Assembly: GCA_030390025.1 (NCBI GenBank)
Contig: JASTWF010000033.1
Location: 1,366,001-1,430,000 of the forward strand
Direction of reading: 5' to 3'
From: Squalus acanthias
Taxonomy: Eukaryota
Length of the DNA: 64,000 bases
The notes beneath the pieces were generated by a model that was not told the origin of the DNA, did not search any database, and worked only from the letters and a program-made list of their open reading frames with translations. How positions within the stretch are numbered: the stretch's first letter is position 1; every line of letters starts with the position of its first letter. Below, piece after piece: positions 12,115-20,994 of the stretch. The translations under genes were made by a program, and so were the position numbers.

Positions 12115-13266
12115 ATGCCCTTTTGCAATCGATTGTTCTTCCTCCTCTGTGTGATTACGTATCTGAGAATTTTCGAATACAGACAACGAATCAGACGGAG
12201 GAACCAAGCCCGTCTCCTCCAGAGAAGGAGAAACTACTACCCACCAAATAGAGTGTACAGGCAGAGGCTGTCATTTGAGATGCTGTCGGAGGAGCTGTGT
12301 GTGAGGAGGCTGCGCTTCAGTAAAGAGTCAATTGGCCGAATCTGTGAGATGTTACAGGAGGACCTTCAAACACGCACGAAGAACCGCAATGCATTGTCAC
12401 TGAGCATGAAGGTAACCACAGCACTGAACTTCTTTGCAAGTGGGACTTTTCAGGCAAGCACCGGTGACATTTGCAACATATCCAAGAATGCTGCGAGGGC
12501 CTGCATTCACCAGGTCACAGAAGCCATTTACCGTAGGGCTTCTGAGTTCATTAAGTATGACTTGTCTGCTCGCCATCAAAAGGAGATGGCGCTTGCATTT
12601 CATAACATTGCTGGATTCCCCAAAGTGATTGGGGCTGTCGATGGAACCCATGTAGCATTGAAGGCACCAGGGGTTGCACCTGTGACATTTATCAACAGGA
12701 AGGGGTTTCATTCACTGAATGTCCAGATTGTCTGTGATGCGCATCTCAGGATCTTAAATGTGAATGCAGGTAACCGTGGAAGTAATCATGACTCCTTCGT
12801 CCTCCGTAACTCTGACTTATATGGCGTCCTCAACGCATTGCCTCCAGGATCCGCATGGATATTGGGCGACAAGGGCTACCCGCTAAGACCATGGCTGATG
12901 ACTCCCTACCGCAAGACCAATAATGAGGCTCAGGAGAGATACAACCAGGCACACGTGTCCACACGGCAAGTGGTGGAGAGGACAATTGGAGTTCTGAAAT
13001 CACGCTTCCGGTGCCTGGACAGGTCAGGGGGGACCTTGCAGTATTCGCCTCAGAAAGTGGCAAAGATTGTGGTGGCCTGTTGTGCTTTGCATAACTTTGC
13101 CCTGCAGGAAGGACTGACCCTTAACGCTGCAGATGAACTACCTGCAGAAATGGAGGACGTGGACAATGCCAATGTGCCTGTGGGAAGGCATGATGGGGAA
13201 GAGCCAACTGCTGCTCAAAGTAAGGCTGCAAGGGAGCAGCTGGTAGCCAACACCTTCACGAGGTAG
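12115..13266 (+). CDS. Harbinger transposase (HARBI1-like DDE nuclease), intact 383 aa
   Basis: Motifs GAVDGTHV, NRKGFHSLNVQIVCD, GSNHDS, LGDKGYPLRPWLMTP, VERTIGVLKSRFRCL, ACCALHN. Probable 5' UTR intron 11668-12085 (GTGAGT...TTTCAG). AATAAA near 13463. Confidence 0.95.
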   Translation: MPFCNRLFFLLCVITYLRIFEYRQRIRRRNQARLLQRRRNYYPPNRVYRQRLSFEMLSEELCVRRLRFSKESIGRICEMLQEDLQTRTKNRNALSLSMKVTTALNFFASGTFQASTGDICNISKNAARACIHQVTEAIYRRASEFIKYDLSARHQKEMALAFHNIAGFPKVIGAVDGTHVALKAPGVAPVTFINRKGFHSLNVQIVCDAHLRILNVNAGNRGSNHDSFVLRNSDLYGVLNALPPGSAWILGDKGYPLRPWLMTPYRKTNNEAQERYNQAHVSTRQVVERTIGVLKSRFRCLDRSGGTLQYSPQKVAKIVVACCALHNFALQEGLTLNAADELPAEMEDVDNANVPVGRHDGEEPTAAQSKAAREQLVANTFTR

Positions 13267-13279
13267 TGTCGCCTTGTAC

Positions 13280-13452
13280 CTCCCGCTCCCCCTCCCCTCT
13301 CCCCCTTCCCCTCCCCTCTCCCCCTCCCCCTCCCCCTCCCCTCTCCCCCTCCCCCTCCCCCTCCCCCTCCCCTCTCCCCCTCCCCCTCCCCTCTCCCCCT
13401 CCCCCTCCCTCTCCCCATCCCTCTCCCTCTCCCCCTCCCCCTCCCTCTCCAC
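13280..13452 (+). repeat. (CCCCT/CCCCCT)n pyrimidine microsatellite
   Basis: About 170 bp of almost pure C/T directly after the transposase stop. Confidence 0.97.
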
Positions 13453-13955
13453 CAGCAAGGCAAATAAAGGTACAGACACAATTTAAAGTGAAACAGTGCT
13501 CTTTTATTGCAGCATTACAGACTTCTGAGGTTCATTGTTGCTTTACATAGTTTATAACTTTTCAATGTTAACTAGCTACTTTTCAACTTTGTAAACAATC
13601 GTAAACAGAAATAGGTTTTTCAAAAATTTGTTAACAATTCTCAGTAACTTTTTTGCTTCGTTAATGCAGTAAAGACATTCAAGATGGGAAATAACTCTTT
13701 CCTATATGTAAACAAGTTTAAATGTTCAATTTTTTTGTGAAAATAAACAATTTGAATTTTTATAAAGTGACTAAAGGCTGTACTTTTTCAATGAAAAGCT
13801 AACTTTCAGTTTCAGTGTCAAATATATATATAAATAAAGAAAAATGTAAACATGTAAGTTTTAAATAAAACTAAAAAGTAAACACTTGAGAAATTTAACC
13901 ACAAATAAACTATTCCTGAGGGTCAATGGATGTGCATTGTGGAACATGCAACACC

Positions 13956-15505
13956 CTAACGTCTCTTGCGCTTTCTTGATTGCATCATCGTTGGTGGCTC
14001 TTGGACCTGCACTGATTCTGCGCTGGGAGCAGGTAAGGTTGGTTCTGATGGAGTCACAGTAATTGCAGCAGAAATTATTCGCATGAGTCCTTCAAGAGAC
14101 TCATTTATTTTACTAAGCTGCACTCCCACCAGTCCTTCAAGAGACTCATTTAATTTACTAAGCTGCACTCCCACATCGGGTTTCTGCAACATTCCTTCAA
14201 GAAAATCATTTATTTTACTAAGCTGCACTCCCACATCGGGTTTCTGCAACATTCCTTCAAGAGACTCATTTATTTTACTAAGCTGCACTCCCACATCGGG
14301 TTTCTGCAACATTCCTTCAAGAGACTCATTATATTCTTAAGCTCCATTCCCAGATTTCCCAATCCCTGCTTGACCAAGGTAAGACAATCAACTTCTTTCT
14401 CTGAAATAGAAGAGATCGATTGAGTCAAGCCTACAAGTTGGTGGATGTCACCATGCATCACCTGTTCTGCTGCATATATATCTGTGTCTCCCACAGGCAC
14501 TGTAGTATCAAGCTGCTGTCTGTTTGGCACAGAGCCAGAGGGGCCAGGAGTTGGAGAGGAAGATTGAGAGGACCTCTCCTGCAACCCAGATTCCAGAGCC
14601 TCCATGTTTAATTCAGCAAAAACTTCCTCCTGCTGCTCCTCCACCAACACCTCACTCGCATCTCCCACTGGCTCAACATGCCCTTCACTAATGACCTCTT
14701 CGGCTGCAGACTCAACGCACTGCTCATCCCGTGACTGAGAAGTATGCTCAAAACCTATGTAAAGGAAACAGTAAAGATTAGCAAAGGTAAAGCATGATGT
14801 GCCACATCACAGAAGCTATTCAGCACACATCACCTTTGTCGAATCGTTCATTTCCAAAGGGACATCCGCTAAGATATCCAAAGATATGCTCGAGCCTTTC
14901 CTCATGTTCGGTTAAAGCCCTTAACATGACAACACCACCGCCTGTCAGTGAACGTTCTCTGGCGTTGTGAGCAGTTTTACTCTAAAATTGAAAATGAAAA
15001 TCTGAAATGTAAGGGTTTTTACACCAGAACTGCATTGGCACTCACACAGTTAACTCAGTAAGCAACTCAAAGCATTTCAATCAAGATGACATTAGCATTT
15101 TATGAGACTTGCCTGGCTACAAAAGCCACAAAAATTTATGGTAGCATCTTGTGACTTCAGTTAACTCAGCTTAGCAAACAAACACTTTTTCAAGGCTTTT
15201 CATTTTAAATGTAAAGACATTTTAACATTGACTTTTGTTATAACTATACAAACCTTCAGCGTTCGATATAAATCGCTGAATTTTTTGCGACATTGCTCGG
15301 CTGTACGTGGAATGGTCGAGGTTGCGCTCACACTTTGAGCAACCTCTTTCCACGCTGCCATTTGGCCTTTTCGCGGCGGCTTGGACTTCTGAGTTCCAAT
15401 TATCCGTGAACGTTTCGATTCTACCTCGTCAAGAAGTGTACGGAGATCATCATCACTGAAATTCTGTGTTCTTTTTATAAATTGGATAGTGCTGATAGCA
15501 GCCAT
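13956..15505 (-). pseudogene. Harbinger Myb/SANT-like DNA-binding protein gene, 3 exons (15505-15254, 14981-14834, 14754-13956), with a 1-nt frameshift near 14330
   Basis: Exon 1 has NFSDDDLRTLLDEV...AWKEVA...RTAEQCRKKFSDL. GT-AG introns splice in frame to SKTAHNARERSLTGGG...LTEHEERL, then to the acidic exon 3. The C-terminus RKRKRR is in the shifted frame. Confidence 0.88.
14088..14332. repeat. 60-bp coding tandem repeat (3 full copies plus a partial one) in the Myb-like gene
   Basis: Encodes INESLEGMLQKPDVGVQLSK repeats. Confidence 0.92.
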
Positions 15506-16643
15506 TTTCGTTTGCTGATTATAAACAGTTAAATCTCTGAAAAAAATGATTTCTGAACTTTTAAAAGTACTTAAATTACTTTAAATCTCTTTGCAAATGT
15601 TTAACATTACTCAAATTATACTAAAAATCTTTAAAAGTTTACAAAACCATGCATTTAAAACCTACTTACTGCAAATTCCACCTGAAACAGTGAGAAAACT
15701 GTGTCTCCAGCTGCTTTACAATGGCTGCAGTGGAGAAAAAAATCGGGGGCGTGGCCTATGGAAAAGAGACCTTAATGGGCGTGTCTTCACTCCACATCGC
15801 ACGCGATGCAACGCGCACGCTGCGCTGCAGGGCAGTGTGACGTCATACGCTGCCCTGCACTCAATCAGCCAGAAGATGAATTTTCAACGTGAAAAAGAGG
15901 AAACGGCAGACGCGGTATGTATTACCGCGCCTGCTCCTTACACCCGCGGGAACGGAGCCAGATGAATTTCTGGCCCATTGTGTATTCCCTTGCCTTGTTA
16001 GTCTTCCCAAAATACATCACCTCACACTTTTCAGGGTTAAATTCCATTTGCCACTGTTCTGCCCATCTAACAAACCCGTCTATATCGGCCTGTAGCCGGA
16101 GGCTTCCCTCCTCACTATTTACCACCCCACCAATTTTCGTGTCATCTGCAAACTTACTGATCATACCTCCTACATTCATATCTAAATCATTAATGTACAC
16201 TACAAACAGCAAAGGACCCAGCATTGGACACAGGCTTCCAGTCACAAAAGCAACCTTCGACCATCACCCTGTGCCTCCTGCCACGAAGCCAATTTTGGAT
16301 CAAAGGTGCCAAGTTGCACTGGATCCCATGGGCTTTTACCTTCTTGACCAGTCTCCCATGCGGGACTTTGTCAAAAGCCTTACTGAAGTCCATGTAGACT
16401 ACATCAACTGCACTAACCTCATCCATACACCTAGTCACCCCCTCTAAAAATTCAATCAAATTGGTCAGACATGATCTCCCCCTGACAAAGCCATGATGAC
16501 TATCCTTGATTAATCCTTGACTCTCCAAGTGGAGACTATTTCTGTCCCTCAGAATTTTTTCCAATAATTTCCCTACCACTGATGTTATGCTCACTGGCCT
16601 GTAATTCCCTGGTTTATCCCTACTACCCTTCTTGAATAATGGT

Positions 16644-19203
16644 CCTACGTATTTAGCGAGATACCTGCCACTCCGTATGGACGCTCTACCTTATCTCCCT
16701 TAGCCAGCGTCTCCAGAACAGTCTTCAGGACGGGATGCCGTGCCTGGACAATCTTTAGGTCCGGGGCCAATGCTACCCCTGCACTCCCTTAGGCCCCACC
16801 TCTGTCTCTGATCGCTACTACCTGACTCGACCCATATGGATCCCAAAACGTGCCCGTTCGAGCACCCTCTTTGGTCATCATGTTGGCCTGCTGATTGCCC
16901 TCCGCAAGGGGTTCCGCCTTTGAATGGGCCTTAACTTTGTGGATATAGAAATCCCCCTGGGTTCCTATACTTGTTATGATCTGTTGCAACAATGGCTTTG
17001 TTGCTCGGGGTTTCCCGTCTGCAGATGTGAACCCGCGACGAGACCAAATGGCTAAATATTCTGCACACGAAGTGCAAGTGAACATGCTGTCCGAGCAAAT
17101 AGTATAGGGCGTAGGGTACACTTCGGGGTGAGTAACCACATACACCACCGCCGACAGTTCAGCGTGCTGGGCGCTCATGGTGCTCAGGAGTTTAATGGCC
17201 TTGGCAATGCCTGCCTTTGGGTCAAAAATCCCGCATCCAGTGAGTCGCTCCCCTGCCACTACTGTACTGGACCCGTCGATATGGATCCCAGCCCGAAACC
17301 CTACGTCTACGTCCCATACCCCTTCAACAGAACATTTGTGGGCCACCCCTGGGTAGATCAAATTTGCGGGGAGCTTAGGCTCACAGAGGCCTTTCACACT
17401 CAAATTCGTCTGAGAGAGCGATAAAGTCCAGCGAGCAATGCGTGCACTGCTCACCGTGCCGTCCTTTATCCTCCCATCCAGAAGCATCTGAGTGGGCGTA
17501 TGATGGGTTAAGAGAGTTAATGGGGACGCCCCCGTGAAGATTTGTGATCTCCTCACGGCCCAATGTGTGGCAAGCAGGTGCCTCGCACAATTGGAGTACC
17601 CCCTCTCTACATCTGTGAGGATTCTTGATGAGTATACGACAGGCCTCAGCTTGCCATGCCGCTCCTGGAGCAGCACTGCGCTCAAACTGTCCCCTGTGGC
17701 AGCTACCTCCAAAACAAACTCCTTTCCCCCATCAATTGCTCCTAAAGCCGGTGCGGTCTGCAGATCTCTCTACAGACGACTAAAAGCTGTCATGCAGTCC
17801 TCATCCCACTCCCTTGTGAAGGAGCCGGAGTAGAGGAGCTGCCGTAGCGGCCGAGTCCTCTATGAAATCCCTGCAATGCCCTGTGAGTCCCAGGAAGGAT
17901 CTTACCCGCGTTATCGTGGTCAGGGCAGGTAGCTCCTGTACCGCCTTCCTTTTCGCCTCATCGATGGCCCTCTCCCCAGCACATATGGTCAGCCTGAGGA
18001 ATTTTACGTCCTGCTGGCCGATCTGTGCTTTCTTGTGATTAACCTTGAACCCAGCTACCTTTAACAGACTCAGCAGCTCAGCCAGCAGGGGGCCATGCTC
18101 CTCCCCCTCGTTGGAGAACAAAAGCAGATCGTCCACGTACGGTACAAGCTGCTGCGGTCTGCTGAACCCTTTTAAACAGTTGGCCATACATTGGTGGAAA
18201 ATAGAAGGGCTGTTATGAAACGCTTGGGGTAGGCAGGTCCATGTGTATTGCTGACCCTTCAAAGTAAATTCGAACTTATACTGGTCCTCCCTTTTGAGAG
18301 GGATAGACCAGAATCCGTTTGAAATGTCCAGCACCGTGACTATTTTCGCGGATGCCGGGATACTCCCGATCAGGTCAGCTACGGCTGCGACGGTGGGGGC
18401 ACAGGCCTAGGATGTTCTTGTTAAGAACCCGATAGTCCACAGCGGCTCTCCACGAATTATCCGGTTTCCTAACCAGCCAAATCGGAGAGTTCATATGGGT
18501 CGCTAAGGGTCTCAACACACCCTGCTCAACCAGTGATCCCAATGCCATCTCTAAATCCGCCTCTGCCTCTCTGGGGAAGTTGTACTGTTTCTGTGGTCGG
18601 GCCATGGGGTTTCCTTCTACTCTGACCTCCACCCCTATTACCCTCCCACAGTCGTGCTTGTGTGTAGCGAATGCTGCGAGGTTGACTCGTACATCCGCTC
18701 TGTACTCCGCCGGGGTAGAAGTCACCAAAAGTTCAAGGTCATAACTACCCTTGGGCTTCATCGTGCACACGGTTCCCTTGCCTTGCTTCCCTGGTATAAC
18801 TACCACCTCCTTCTCCTTTCCCGTGCATACTGCCCCCCAAAGACATTGATTCCGGAAATCCACCAATATCTTGTGGGCCAGTATGAAGTCTGCCCCAAGA
18901 ATGCCTATTCCGCCAGCTCCCACCGCATCAGCACACATTTCCACTATGGAGTGTACCCAGATCGATGGCTAGCGGGATGGAGAAAGACCCAGCCTGTTCA
19001 TTCCCGGTGAACCCTACTAAGTTATATGGGACCCCGCTCGATAGAGATGATGTGGTCGGGTTATCCGCATAGAGATTGGTGCTTGAAGCTCCAGTGTCCA
19101 GCAGATAGGTCCCTTGCACCTTCTCCACCCCCATCTTCACGCACGGTCTCTTCCAAGCATCATAACTTAGTGGGCACAGGTAAACGGGCTGAGAAGCCCC
19201 CAG
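16644..19203 (-). pseudogene. pol: pol 5' part: aspartic protease, RT, tether (degenerate RNase H), retroviral-type RNase H
   Basis: LLDTGAS; NSPIWLVRKPDNSWRAAVDYRVLN; LDISNGFWSIPL; LPQAFHNSP; YVDDLLL; SAVLLQE..RPVVYSSRIL..E.GYS; IDGSS, SAQHAELSAV, CSDS, KVKAHS, GNQQAN. Several frameshifts. Confidence 0.95.
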
Positions 19204-20881
19204 TCATGGGTCGGGATTGTTTGGGGCGGATGGGAGTACGCTGCCCGCTGCTGCATCCACCCTACCCTGCCCTGCCGTAAAGACTGTGCGGAGAGCAGCC
19301 ACTAATACCGCGAACGGATCAGTGCTGCTTCCAGCCACAGCTGCTGCTTTCTGCACTGGCGCTGGAGGATCCCCTTTCCCGCTCCTTTTGTCAGAGACTG
19401 GGCAGTCTTTCCTCCAGTGCCCTTTACTCCCGCACCCATAACAACCCTGCTTCTTCTCTGAGCTACCCCCTTCCTGGCGCCACTCTCTTCTAACGTTGCC
19501 TCCACTAGGCTTTAACTCGTGTACTCTGCCCTTTGGTTTGTCATCCTCACCCCTACCATTCTTAAAAGAGAGAGTCAACTGCCGGATCACACTCGCTTCT
19601 GTGATCTGGGGATCCCTGGAATCGAACCACCCCTCTGCTTTGGCCTTGATCCTGGGCAGGCTGTTCGCCACCAGGGTCCCCAACCAATGAGCCCTAGGCT
19701 CCCCCTGCAGCTGCGCCTGGTCGGGCAGCCACGCACAGGCACTCTGGTAGACGAGCCAAAGCCTGTCCGCGAAAGCCTGCGGTGCCTCCCCAGCTGATTG
19801 CAGTGTCCTTTCCACTCGGGAGAAGGGACTTTCATCACTGAGGCCCATAGCCTCTAGGATGTCATCCTTTATCCCCTCTAACTTACCCTGCCCCCTCTTG
19901 CTACCTGCTGAGAGCGACTGGTACAACCTACTATCCAGGGAAAATAATAGTAATTTGTCTGTCTCAGCTTGGTTACAATTATTGATCCCCCCCACTGCTC
20001 CACATCCGTAAAATGGAGAGATGGGTCCCCTGTGCTGGTCAGTTTGGTCAGGTTAGAGACCATTGCCTGCAGCTGGGGATCGTATACGGGACCACGAAGT
20101 CACTCTGCAGTGCTCCTTGCTCTTGACCGTCTACGGGCGCACCGTATTTCCGCTGCCGGACAGGGCACATGGGTCCTGGACCCGGCACTTCGGGCGGTGG
20201 TCGAGCGTCCTCCTCTGCCTCACAGTCCTCCTTATCTCCCTCCTGCTCTTCCTCATCTACCCGGGCCATTCCCGGAGCTACCAAGCAGACCATCCCTTTG
20301 GCCTTAGATAGAGCATCGGTCAAATTCTGGATCTGCTCCTGGCCAGGACCATGATTACCCGTATCAAACCCTCTAGTGCTGGCATCTCTGTATGCCACCT
20401 GAATATCCTTCAACTGCTCTCCCAGCACCATTACCTCACTCGACAAGCGAGCGTTCTCCTCCCTAACCACCCTCTCGTTCCCCTTTGCCTCAGTTACCTG
20501 GCATTGCAGGAACTCCTTATGGTTACGGAAGGTTTCCTCCTGGCTTATTCTTCCCTGCTTCTCATCCCTTAGCTCCGTGCATAACCTGCTCCCTACTACA
20601 GCCCTTGCATCTGACTGTGCCAATGGACTCCCTGAGCTCTGCCTCTAACTTAGCAACCTGCTTATCTATCAGTTGGACATGTCTTTGTAGACAGACGAGC
20701 CATATCACCTTTTCAATGCTGCGCCTATGGTCCTGGCCCTCCGTCCATTCTGCCGCTGCGTCCACCGGACGCTCAGCACGCAACAAGCCTAGCACCCACT
20801 TCTTAGTGACGCTACCTTCTTAAACTCATATGAAGAAATCCTTTCCTCCATTTGGGATCTTTCGCCAGAAGCGCTGTCCAT
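19204..20881 (-). pseudogene. gag: gag: N-terminal coiled-coil region, capsid-like region, single CCHC zinc knuckle; frameshifted
   Basis: First ATG at 20881, downstream of the PBS. Heptad-rich KQVAKLEAELRE...VREENARLSSEV; QSAGEAPQAFADRL; CYGCGSKGHWRKDC. Confidence 0.85.
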
Positions 20882-20907
20882 GACTGATTTACATTCCTTG
20901 AACCCAG

Positions 20908-20925
20908 GTCCTGCCGCGGTCGCCA
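20908..20925 (-). promoter_or_regulatory. Primer binding site complementary to the tRNA-Arg(TCG) 3' end
   Basis: Minus strand TGGCGACCGCGGCAGGAC, 5 nt after the LTR end. The plus strand GTCCTGCCGCGGTCG-CCA matches the vertebrate tRNA-Arg(TCG) 3' end as recalled from memory. Confidence 0.85.
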
Positions 20926-20930
20926 AGAGA

Positions 20931-20994
20931 TGTAAGTGGTTTTTGATCCTAGCCCAATTGCTAGACAGACGGTTCGAATCGCCCCCGCCTTACG
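20931..20994 (-). repeat. Remnant (terminal 64 nt of U5) of the 5' LTR
   Basis: 62/64 identical to 4197-4260; it abuts the G-rich array. Confidence 0.92.

Larger units (their letters stand above)
11350..15976 (+). mobile_element. Full-length PIF/Harbinger DNA transposon (4627 bp)
   Basis: TIRs GGCCCAAAAATTCATC / GATGAATTTCTGGCCC (14/16 match). TSD ATT at 11347-11349 and 15977-15979. Convergent transposase and Myb/SANT genes. Confidence 0.95.
10604..16643 (-). mobile_element. 5'-truncated CR1 LINE inserted in pol, itself split by the Harbinger (pieces 10604-11349 and 15977-16643)
   Basis: RT motifs on both sides (VYMDFSKAFDKVPH, ISKFADDTK | RPQLEYCVQFWSP). The sequence rejoins as cattcatt|gtgtattcc. 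Tail lies near 10604-10620. Confidence 0.93.
4197..20994 (-). mobile_element. Endogenous retrovirus-like provirus (gag-pol-env; lokiretrovirus-like by architecture), decayed, with nested insertions
   Basis: Matching LTR ends at 4197-4260 and 20931-20994 (62/64 nt identical), PBS and PPT. Domains in order: gag, PR, RT (YVDD), two RNase H-like domains, IN, env-like ORF. Confidence 0.92.

Noticed and set aside
12115..13266. Domesticated host HARBI1 gene
   Set aside because: It lies within TIRs and a TSD, inside a CR1 inside a provirus, so it is a transposon copy.
13138..13550. Gly/Arg/Glu- and Pro-rich ORFs
   Set aside because: They are translations of the C-rich microsatellite.
20908..20925. 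tRNA gene
   Set aside because: There are only 18 nt, including CCA, adjacent to an LTR. This is a PBS.
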